Virus record (IMG/VR): IMGVR_UViG_3300009159_007116
Coordinates: 1-64,000 of that record
DNA: 64,000 nucleotides
Reading direction: 5' to 3' (one strand)
Source of the DNA: an uncultured virus (IMG/VR IMGVR_UViG_3300009159_007116)
Taxonomy: Duplodnaviria > Heunggongvirae > Uroviricota > Caudoviricetes
This document shows, in pieces, positions 9,574-16,966 of the stretch. The first letter of the stretch is position 1, and each line of letters begins with the position of its first letter. A model generated the notes under the pieces. The model saw only the letters and a list, made by a program, of their open reading frames with translations. It was not told where the DNA came from and searched no databases. The translations under genes and the position numbers were made by a program.

Positions 9574-9612
9574 TAAGAAGTGTAAGGAATACATAACCCA
9601 AGGAGAAAAGAT

Positions 9613-9897
9613 ATGATGATTTACGATTGGCTTTTTGGCAAGGAAACTAGGAAAACTTGCAGCGGTTTTGATCTAAAAGAACAGGAAACAATAGAAGGAC
9701 TTGTTTCTGAGCTTAACTTGCTCAAAGCTAAATTTAATGATCTAGAACTAGATTATATTGAATTAGAAAACATTAATGCTTCTTTAAGTTCTGATAATGA
9801 GGAACTAAAAGGCAAGAACAACGAACTAATATCTATACTCTTAAAGGTATCTGATATAGCAAGAGTGGGTGTTGAGTCTAGTAAAAAAGGATATTAA
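9613..9897 (+). CDS. coiled-coil hypothetical protein
   Basis: Heptad Leu pattern; RBS AAGGAG. Confidence 0.75.
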   Translation: MMIYDWLFGKETRKTCSGFDLKEQETIEGLVSELNLLKAKFNDLELDYIELENINASLSSDNEELKGKNNELISILLKVSDIARVGVESSKKGY

Positions 9898-9901
9898 TCA
9901 A

Positions 9902-9973
9902 ATTATAGGGTGTCTGGACTAATGTCGGTGGGAAAAGTCTTACTAGTTGTGTTGACTAGAGACACCTTATAAT
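9902..9973 (+). ncRNA. putative three-way-junction structured leader RNA upstream of csrA
   Basis: 14-bp stem 9902-9915/9960-9973 enclosing GGACT/AGTCT and CTAGTT/GACTAG hairpins. Confidence 0.55.
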
Positions 9974-9992
9974 AAACTTAGGAGGAATTATT

Positions 9993-10223
9993 ATGGAAAT
10001 TGGAAGTTTAGTTTTTGCTAGAAGATTAAATGAAGCTTTTACTATTTATACTGATTGTGGAAATATAGAAGTTAGCATTAAAGAAATAAGCAAATATTCA
10101 AATCAGGTAAGATTGTGTATTAAAGCACCAAAAAATATTAAAATTATGAGAGATGATGCTGTAGATGTAAGACCAAGCCACATGTTATTTACGCCAACAA
10201 TTCCAAAATCGGAGAAAAAATGA
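9993..10223 (+). CDS. csrA: carbon storage regulator CsrA/RsmA-like RNA-binding protein
   Basis: LVFARRLNE...NQVRLCIKAPKNIKIMRDD matches CsrA LILTRR...QVRIGVNAPK...HREE. Confidence 0.8.
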   Translation: MEIGSLVFARRLNEAFTIYTDCGNIEVSIKEISKYSNQVRLCIKAPKNIKIMRDDAVDVRPSHMLFTPTIPKSEKK

Positions 10224-11497
10224 ACAGAAGACATTTTATAAAACATACTGCTGGCATTTCTGCACTTTCTTTTGTAGGAAAAGTTAAAGCACAAGAAGAA
10301 GTGCTTAAAAAAAATGGTAAAAAGCTAATTGTTTTATGGATGGGTGGCGGTCCTAGTCACATGGATCTTTGGGATTTAAAGCAAGGACAGGCAAATGGCG
10401 GTGAATTCAAGCAAATACTTACTTCTGCAAAAGGAGTGAGTATTAGTGAGGTTCTTCCAACAATAGCTTCTCAATTTCACAATTTAGTTGCTGTTCGATC
10501 TCTTGTGACTAATGAAGGAAGTCATGAGAGAGGAACTGTTTTAATGAATACTGGGCATCAACCAAGCGTTGTTGTTCAGTATCCATCCATTGGTTCAGTA
10601 ACATCTTCTCTTTTAACATCAAAAGAACTACCCTTGCCAGGATTTATTGGGATTGGAAATTCAGCACAAAGGATTGGTCCAGGATTTTTAGGAACAAATC
10701 TTGCACCATTCACAGTTCAAAATGCTGGAACTCCACCAGAGAATATTAAAGCACCAAAGGAAATAGATGATGAAGAAAGACTTAGACGAAGACAAAGACT
10801 GTTTTATACATTGGAAGACGATTTTTCGGAAAGAATTGCACCTCACATTAAAAATAGTGTGGCTAGAGAAGCTATGGGCAATCATGCTCAATCTCACTCT
10901 AATATCTATGGCAAAGCCTTTGATCTTACACTATCTCCGCTAAAAACTATCTTTGAACTAAAAGACGAAAATCCTAAAACGATTGAGTCTTATGGTGGTA
11001 GAGGAAATAACTTTGGAATGGGTTGCCTTCTTGCTAGAAAGTTAATTTCTAAAGGAGTTAGCTGTGTACAAATCGACTTGGGTGGATGGGATAATCATAG
11101 CAATATTTTTAGTACTATTAGGGGCGGGAATGGGAATCGTCTTGATATGGGCATGGGATATTTGGTCAAGGACTTGGTAGATATGGGTATGTGGAAAGAT
11201 ACTGTAGTTATGTGGATGGGAGAGTTTGGCCGTACCCCTAAGATTAATCAGAATGGTGGTCGTGATCATTGGGCTAGATGTTGGTCTGTGGTTCTTGGGG
11301 GTGGTACTATCCAAGGTGGACAGGTTTATGGATCTACAACTTCAGATGGTATGGACATTAAAGACAAGCCTTGCAGTATTTCAGATGTTTATGCTACAGT
11401 GTACAAAGCGTTAGGTTTGGACCCAATGTTTCAAATTAGAGACAATTTAGGGCGACCAATACCTATATCTGATGGTAAGCCACTAAGTATATTTTAG
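10220..11497 (+). CDS. DUF1501 domain protein with Tat signal
   Basis: MNRRHFIK twin-arginine; LWMGGGPSHMDLWDLK, GCLLARKL, GGWDNH, GEFGRTP, GRDHW. Confidence 0.9.
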   Translation: MNRRHFIKHTAGISALSFVGKVKAQEEVLKKNGKKLIVLWMGGGPSHMDLWDLKQGQANGGEFKQILTSAKGVSISEVLPTIASQFHNLVAVRSLVTNEGSHERGTVLMNTGHQPSVVVQYPSIGSVTSSLLTSKELPLPGFIGIGNSAQRIGPGFLGTNLAPFTVQNAGTPPENIKAPKEIDDEERLRRRQRLFYTLEDDFSERIAPHIKNSVAREAMGNHAQSHSNIYGKAFDLTLSPLKTIFELKDENPKTIESYGGRGNNFGMGCLLARKLISKGVSCVQIDLGGWDNHSNIFSTIRGGNGNRLDMGMGYLVKDLVDMGMWKDTVVMWMGEFGRTPKINQNGGRDHWARCWSVVLGGGTIQGGQVYGSTTSDGMDIKDKPCSISDVYATVYKALGLDPMFQIRDNLGRPIPISDGKPLSIF

Positions 11498-11504
11498 GAA
11501 TGCT

Positions 11505-12002
11505 ATGTTATTACATTTAAAAGATTTTTTTACTAAAGAACAATGTTCTTTTTTAAGTGGGATTTTGTTGGATTATTATAAAAATAATAGTCTTGGTTGG
11601 GAAGGTAATGATCAGCATTACAAAAATTCTTATGGTTCAACAATTCCAGAATTTGAATCTGTACTTGAAGACATAACCCCAAGAATAAAAATATTATTAA
11701 AAAATGATAATATTGTAAAGGTAAATAGCTATAGTAGAATTTACTTTAATGATTCTATTTTAAAAAGACATGTAGATAGAGAAGACTTAGAATACACATT
11801 AAGTGTTTGTATATTTGATAATACAAATAAAAAGTGGCCACTATTTGTTGAGCATGATGGTGGTATAGCTGAAGTAATAACAAATGTTGGTGATGGTGGA
11901 TTAATAATGGGAACTAAAATGGCACATTGGAGAGAAAAACTTCTTTGTGAAGAAGATCAAATGGTTATGCAATGTTTTTTCCATTGGAAAAATATTAAAT
12001 AA
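11505..12002 (+). CDS. 2OG-Fe(II) oxygenase
   Basis: YSRIY...LKRHVDR (HxD), HWRE, QCFFHW. Confidence 0.8.
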   Translation: MLLHLKDFFTKEQCSFLSGILLDYYKNNSLGWEGNDQHYKNSYGSTIPEFESVLEDITPRIKILLKNDNIVKVNSYSRIYFNDSILKRHVDREDLEYTLSVCIFDNTNKKWPLFVEHDGGIAEVITNVGDGGLIMGTKMAHWREKLLCEEDQMVMQCFFHWKNIK

Positions 12003-12564
12003 ATTTGTTTTGTCTAATCCAAACAATAGCAATCCACTTGTTTCCAGAAACAACAGGTAATCCTGCATGTATTGAGTCATAGTCTAATGATCCATCATCA
12101 TTTAAATTTGACCAAAGCAAACCTTTGCCTGTTTTTGGAATTACCTTAATATCTTTTTTAACAAATTTTGTTTCGCCACCTTCAAATTCATCGTTTAAAT
12201 AAAACAAAAAGCTGTAAGTCCTTTGCCCACCTCTATTTATATGAACATTATAGTCTTGTGTATTAGCATGAAAAAAATCATGATGTTCTTTGTATTCACC
12301 ACCTATTTCATAATGAACAATATGTATAGCTTCTTGATTTTCTATTGGCAAAGATGTGTGTTCTTGCACTATTTGTTTAATCTTTTTATTTAAATCAACG
12401 CCAAAACTATCTATTACTGGAGATAAAACCCAAGTACCATCTCCAACTCTATAGTTATTATTTTCACCTATAGTTGTTAATTTTCTAAGTTGTGCTTTAG
12501 AATAATCTATTAATGTTTGACAGTCTTCTTTTGTTAACAAATTTTCTATTTCTTTAATAACCAT
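11995..12564 (-). CDS. prolyl 4-hydroxylase-like 2OG-Fe(II) oxygenase
   Basis: YKEHHD, FLFYLND..EGGET.F, HAGLPV..GNKW. Confidence 0.88.
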   Translation of the reverse strand: MVIKEIENLLTKEDCQTLIDYSKAQLRKLTTIGENNNYRVGDGTWVLSPVIDSFGVDLNKKIKQIVQEHTSLPIENQEAIHIVHYEIGGEYKEHHDFFHANTQDYNVHINRGGQRTYSFLFYLNDEFEGGETKFVKKDIKVIPKTGKGLLWSNLNDDGSLDYDSIHAGLPVVSGNKWIAIVWIRQNKFI

Positions 12565-12600
12565 TGAAAAAGTCCTTTATAAAATATATTATGACAAAAG

Positions 12601-12629
12601 TTGAATAATTGTTTGTTTCATACGAACAA
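12601..12629 (+). promoter_or_regulatory. bipartite promoter motif, copy 5
   Basis: TTGAAT-15nt-ACGAACAA. Confidence 0.75.
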
Positions 12630-12690
12630 TATAGTATGGATCTGGTTATGTTACCAGATTAATTTGTAGGATTCTTTAGGAGGAAGATTT

Positions 12691-12912
12691 ATGTTCGATT
12701 TGTTATTGGCAACATCGATTGCCTTTGGTTCTGAATCTGTTAACGCTATTGGACTTCGTTCTAAGTCCAGTTGTTCTGGTGGTGTTTGTTCGTCTTCTGC
12801 ATCAGCACCTGTTGTAGTTGATGCTAAGAATAAGCCAGAAACAAAGGTTGTTGCTGCTCAACAAAAGCAGTCTAGGTTTAAGGGTGTTCTTCGTGGGAAG
12901 AAATGTCGTTAA
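12691..12912 (+). CDS. small secreted Cys-containing peptide
   Basis: Signal-like N-terminus, CSGGVC motif, basic tail; strong RBS AGGAGG. Confidence 0.75.
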   Translation: MFDLLLATSIAFGSESVNAIGLRSKSSCSGGVCSSSASAPVVVDAKNKPETKVVAAQQKQSRFKGVLRGKKCR

Positions 12913-12924
12913 TCTATATGAGAC

Positions 12925-12957
12925 ATGGGGTTGTGTCAAAAACAGCCCCATTGTTTT
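12925..12957 (+). terminator. putative rho-independent terminator
   Basis: ATGGGGTTGT/ACAGCCCCAT stem followed by TGTTTT. Confidence 0.6.
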
Positions 12958-12997
12958 GTAAGAAAAACATATACATATTTCTTACAAGGAGGTTTAA

Positions 12998-13897
12998 ATG
13001 CTTAAAGTTTATGACATGTTTTCGGGTATAGGTGGTTTTGCTTTAGGATTTCAAAAAGAAGGTTTTGAAGTAACTGCTTTTGCAGAATTAGACAAGTATC
13101 CTTCTCAAGTCTTAGCAAAAAACTTTCCAAACATTCCAAATTATGGCGATGTTACAAAAATAAAATACGAAAAAAATCAATTTGATGTAATAGTTGGGGG
13201 TTTTCCCTGCACAGATATATCTATAGCAAGTCAATCAAAGGAGGGAATATATGGCAAAAGATCGTTCTTGTGGAAAGAGTTCTTCAGAGCAGTTGGAGAT
13301 ATTCAACCCAAATATTGCGTCATTGAAAATGTCCAAATGCTCGTTAGAAGAGGGCTTAACACGATACTCAGCGACCTTGCCTCCATCGGGTACGATGCGA
13401 CTTATACGACACTCGATGCCCAATACTGTGGAACAGCCCAAAGAAGGCGTAGAATTTACATTTTGGGAGTCCGTGATGGAATCCCCGCCAATAGCGATAT
13501 ATTCGAGTTTGGCCCTCGTAGTACTAGAACCTGTCAACAAAGCATGGAACTTGTCAAAAAGAGCTTTGAATGGAATTTTAAAGAGAGCATGTGGTTCAAA
13601 GAAACCTTTGCCTACTTTACTCGCCAAAGAAGTGATCAATTTGATGAATGCGGAGTGTCATCGACCTTAACAAAAAGAGATTATAAATCATTTACAGATT
13701 TAGTAGTCTCTAATGGTAATATACGCAGAGTAACGCCCACAGAGAGGCTTAGACTTATGGGTTTTCATGACCATTGGCATATTCCAGATGCTTCAAATAC
13801 AGATAAGTATAAATACAATGGTATGCATGTACCTTCAGTTCAGTACATAGCAAGATGTTTAAAGGAGTATCATAAATGTTTGAATTCTCAAAAATAG
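12998..13897 (+). CDS. DNA (cytosine-5)-methyltransferase, alpha chain
   Basis: Motif I FSGIGG, IV GFPC, VI ENV, VIII QRRRRIY, IX TPTERLRLMGF. Confidence 0.92.
   Translation: MLKVYDMFSGIGGFALGFQKEGFEVTAFAELDKYPSQVLAKNFPNIPNYGDVTKIKYEKNQFDVIVGGFPCTDISIASQSKEGIYGKRSFLWKEFFRAVGDIQPKYCVIENVQMLVRRGLNTILSDLASIGYDATYTTLDAQYCGTAQRRRRIYILGVRDGIPANSDIFEFGPRSTRTCQQSMELVKKSFEWNFKESMWFKETFAYFTRQRSDQFDECGVSSTLTKRDYKSFTDLVVSNGNIRRVTPTERLRLMGFHDHWHIPDASNTDKYKYNGMHVPSVQYIARCLKEYHKCLNSQK
13251..13670 (+). CDS. nested alternative-frame protein resembling M.EcoHK31I beta polypeptide
   Basis: Own RBS AAGGAGGG; motifs SATLPPSGTM and LSKRALNGILKRA..KKPLP; locally elevated GC consistent with dual coding. Confidence 0.7.
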   Translation: MAKDRSCGKSSSEQLEIFNPNIASLKMSKCSLEEGLTRYSATLPPSGTMRLIRHSMPNTVEQPKEGVEFTFWESVMESPPIAIYSSLALVVLEPVNKAWNLSKRALNGILKRACGSKKPLPTLLAKEVINLMNAECHRP

Positions 13898-14508
13898 CAG
13901 AAAAGTTTGATGAACACTTGTCTGGACAACTATATTGGCACAGCAATTTTGTTAATCATTTCTTGCCTGAGATTGCATCGGTATTTATGGCAGAAGAAAC
14001 AAATGTGTACGATTTTGGTGCAAGCACAGGTAATGTGGAATTGGCTTTATCAAGTATGATTAAGTCAAGAAACATAGACTATATACCAGTTGAAAAATGC
14101 AAAGAGATGGTAGAAAGATATAAAGGTGAAAGCGAAGTAGTTCTTGATGACTTTCTCAATATTTATATGGAAGAGTTTTCATTTGCCACATGCATTTTAT
14201 CTTTATGTTTTGTTCACCCATCAAAAAGAGAAATGTTTATTGATTCTTTAAAAAATAATTGTATGGTCGGAGGTGCTTTTGTAATATTAGAAAAAATGAA
14301 ATCTAGGGGTGGATATCTAGGAACAGCCTTAAATAGAGTTACATGGCGTAATAAGATTGAAAATGGCGAATCTGTAAAAATGGTAGTTAATAAAGAACTT
14401 TCTTTAAGTGGAGTTCAATATCCTCTAAGTGAAAAAGAACTTGAAGAATTTGAGTTAATATGGGCGTATGGTGATTTTCGTGCTTACATTTGGCTAAAGG
14501 AGTTTTAA
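13876..14508 (+). CDS. CmoA-like class I SAM-dependent enzyme
   Basis: FEFSKIAEKFDEH, VYDFGASTG, LCFV, GGAFVILEK resemble CmoA; RBS AAGGAG; overlaps MTase end. Confidence 0.7.
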   Translation: MFEFSKIAEKFDEHLSGQLYWHSNFVNHFLPEIASVFMAEETNVYDFGASTGNVELALSSMIKSRNIDYIPVEKCKEMVERYKGESEVVLDDFLNIYMEEFSFATCILSLCFVHPSKREMFIDSLKNNCMVGGAFVILEKMKSRGGYLGTALNRVTWRNKIENGESVKMVVNKELSLSGVQYPLSEKELEEFELIWAYGDFRAYIWLKEF

Positions 14509-14509
14509 A

Positions 14510-14758
14510 ATGGAAGAAGAATTAGATTATCATTGTTCTGAATGTGGAATACAAATTTCAGAGTGGATGCTTAGAGATGTTGATGGAGTTACAGTTGACA
14601 CTTGTTTAAATTGTGCTATTAAAACATCATTGATGTCATGCCCTGTTTGCAATAAAGATATAGGTATGACAAATGTAGATCGTGCAAATAGAATACTTGG
14701 TGAAGGATGGGAAGAAATGTGTGAAAAATGTGCTGTTGAATTTAAAAGGAAAGTTTAA
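14510..14758 (+). CDS. zinc-finger protein
   Basis: Four CxxC pairs. Confidence 0.75.
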   Translation: MEEELDYHCSECGIQISEWMLRDVDGVTVDTCLNCAIKTSLMSCPVCNKDIGMTNVDRANRILGEGWEEMCEKCAVEFKRKV

Positions 14759-14759
14759 A

Positions 14760-14915
14760 ATGGAAGATGAATTTGTTATTACTTTTTTAGGTAAAAAGTA
14801 TAGAATTAAAGATGTAAAAAAAACAATTAAAGAAAAAGAAAAAACAGCTAAAGTTTTTAATCATAAATATATAAGTAAAATAGACGAAAAAATATGTAAG
14901 TGGGAAATAAAATGA
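14760..14915 (+). CDS. hypothetical protein
   Basis: ATG just after previous stop, ATGA overlap with next. Confidence 0.5.
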   Translation: MEDEFVITFLGKKYRIKDVKKTIKEKEKTAKVFNHKYISKIDEKICKWEIK

Positions 14916-15331
14916 AAAGCATAAAAATAAAGATTGACGATGAAATTTTCTATGTTTTTTATAGTGAAGAATGTAATTTAAAAAAAGACATAACTAAATT
15001 AGACTGGGGTCAACTGCTATATCATTTAAAAGATTCGGTTTTTCCAAAACAAGAAGATGTAGACGAAGACACAGATAATAACCACATAATAGATTTATCT
15101 TTATTTTTAGATGATTTTAAGTTTTTAGTATTTACACACTCTTTTGGAAGCAAAAGAGTTTTTTCTATTTATTGTAATCAAAAAATAATATCAAAGAAAA
15201 AGTTAGCGTTTGGAAAATGGTCTGCTCAACTTGAATGTGGTCATTCATATATAATGGATGAAAAAATAGACGATTTGAATAAGTTTAAAAGAATTTTTTG
15301 TTCTAAATGTTTGGAGGAATCTAATGGATAA
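14912..15331 (+). CDS. hypothetical protein with C-terminal LECGH...CxxC domain (paralogue of 8674-9075)
   Basis: WSAQLECGH...CSKC. Confidence 0.7.
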   Translation: MKSIKIKIDDEIFYVFYSEECNLKKDITKLDWGQLLYHLKDSVFPKQEDVDEDTDNNHIIDLSLFLDDFKFLVFTHSFGSKRVFSIYCNQKIISKKKLAFGKWSAQLECGHSYIMDEKIDDLNKFKRIFCSKCLEESNG

Positions 15332-15767
15332 AGGTTATATTCGTAAAGACAAATTATCTGAAATAAAATTGGAATCTGGAGGATTAGCGTTAATATCTAT
15401 AGAGCAAATTCAAAATTTGCTTGAAAGTTTAACTGGTAAACATTATGACATTTTTGAATTATTTCAAATGTTAAGATCTTTTGATGGCGACATAATTAAC
15501 ATGGACATGATGGAAACTATTATTGTAGAAGGTTTGTATACATTAAATACAGATGGAACTAACTGCAAGCATGTTACTATATCTCCCATTGCAGAAGACA
15601 AAGAAACTTCTAGAATGATATGTGAAGGCGAAAAAACAATGGAAGAATATTATATTTCTGAAACAAAAAGACTTAAGGTAAATATTTCAAAGAATCTTGG
15701 TTTTGTGACTGAGAAGTGCAATGAATACAAAAAGGCAATGTTAGGTAAAAAATATGAAAACAGATGA
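15324..15767 (+). CDS. hypothetical protein
   Basis: 147-aa ORF, RBS GGAGG. Confidence 0.75.
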   Translation: MDKGYIRKDKLSEIKLESGGLALISIEQIQNLLESLTGKHYDIFELFQMLRSFDGDIINMDMMETIIVEGLYTLNTDGTNCKHVTISPIAEDKETSRMICEGEKTMEEYYISETKRLKVNISKNLGFVTEKCNEYKKAMLGKKYENR

Positions 15768-16377
15768 GATAATGAAGCGTATTGAAAGTGGTAACACTCT
15801 GGCAGATAAAGTTGCTAATTATTTAAACTTTAGATTTAAATACAAATTTGAAAAGGCTTCTATCGAAGAAGATAAGAAGTTAATGATTGATTATAAGTGC
15901 AGCAAAAGCAATAAAACTGCACAAATGAAATGTCGTGAAAATAAATCAGACATCATTTACGAAGCAAAAAGGTTCTATTCTACAAGTGGTGCTTTTTATG
16001 AAGAAGCAAATGGTAGAGATGTGAGAACAGAAGCAACACTATACATATGTCTGTCAGCAGATAAAAGACAGATAATTGTTGCAGAAACAGAAGCTATCAA
16101 AAAAATAGTTCAAAAAGAAATGCAAAAATTAGAAGTAACATTAGATCAAGTAAAACAATATGAGCAAGAATGTGCATCTACTAGAAATAAAACAAAAAAA
16201 TTAGCATCAAACAAATCTAGAATTGAAGTATGGTTTAAGGTTGATGAAGGCATAGATTCAAGGCATTATAGTAAATTGCTTGTATTTATTCCGTATTCTG
16301 CGATATTTGAATCTGTAGTAATTGACTTAAGAAGCAACGAAAACATTGAAGATGAAAGGACTTGGAAAAATGGATAA
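15754..16377 (+). CDS. possible PD-(D/E)XK nuclease-fold protein
   Basis: EED...IDY...QMK.R pattern; weak. Confidence 0.45.
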   Translation: MKTDEIMKRIESGNTLADKVANYLNFRFKYKFEKASIEEDKKLMIDYKCSKSNKTAQMKCRENKSDIIYEAKRFYSTSGAFYEEANGRDVRTEATLYICLSADKRQIIVAETEAIKKIVQKEMQKLEVTLDQVKQYEQECASTRNKTKKLASNKSRIEVWFKVDEGIDSRHYSKLLVFIPYSAIFESVVIDLRSNENIEDERTWKNG

Positions 16378-16966
16378 TGAAATTATGTTTAACCAAAGAA
16401 TACCTAGCTTACTTGTTGTTGATAACTTTTATAAAGATCCAGACTTTATTGTAGAAGAAACAAAAAAGTTTGAGTTTAAAGAAGAAAATAAATTTTATAA
16501 AGGAAAAAGAACAACATCTTGTTTGTTTCCATATGTAAAAGAAGAATTTGAAAAGTTATTGCAAGTTCAAATAGTTGACTGGTTAAATCAACCAATGAAT
16601 GGCGTTTTTCAAATAACAGAAGGCAAAGATCCTTTAGTATATCATAGTGATCAACAAGACTATGCAGCAGCAGTATACTTAACAAAAGATGGACCAACAA
16701 ATGCAGGAACATCATTTTGGATAGATAAAAAATATGGTTGTAGAAGACCGCCAAGTCACCCATTAGAAAATAGAGAAGGAATAAGCGATTCAGATATATA
16801 TACACAATACAATTTATTAAATGAAGATAATTGGGAATTGGTAGATAAAGTTGGATCTGTGTATAATCGGCTTGTTCTTTGGGATGGTAAAATGATTCAT
16901 TCTGCTAGTATGTATGGTGAATTTCCTAGATTGGTTCAACTATTCTTTTTTAATGTGAAAAAATAA
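16370..16966 (+). CDS. 2OG-Fe(II) oxygenase-like protein (DUF6445-like)
   Basis: VVDNFY.DP, YHSD, AAVYLT, GTSF, YNRLVLWD...HS. Confidence 0.78.
   Translation: MDNEIMFNQRIPSLLVVDNFYKDPDFIVEETKKFEFKEENKFYKGKRTTSCLFPYVKEEFEKLLQVQIVDWLNQPMNGVFQITEGKDPLVYHSDQQDYAAAVYLTKDGPTNAGTSFWIDKKYGCRRPPSHPLENREGISDSDIYTQYNLLNEDNWELVDKVGSVYNRLVLWDGKMIHSASMYGEFPRLVQLFFFNVKK

Noticed and set aside
9952..9973. TTGACT...TATAAT as a sigma70 promoter
   Set aside because: Spacer is only 10 nt; both hexamers lie in the stems of the predicted RNA structure.
13235..13639. 134-aa antisense ORF within the methyltransferase
   Set aside because: No recognisable motifs or RBS; explained by stop-codon scarcity in the GC-richer dual-coding region.
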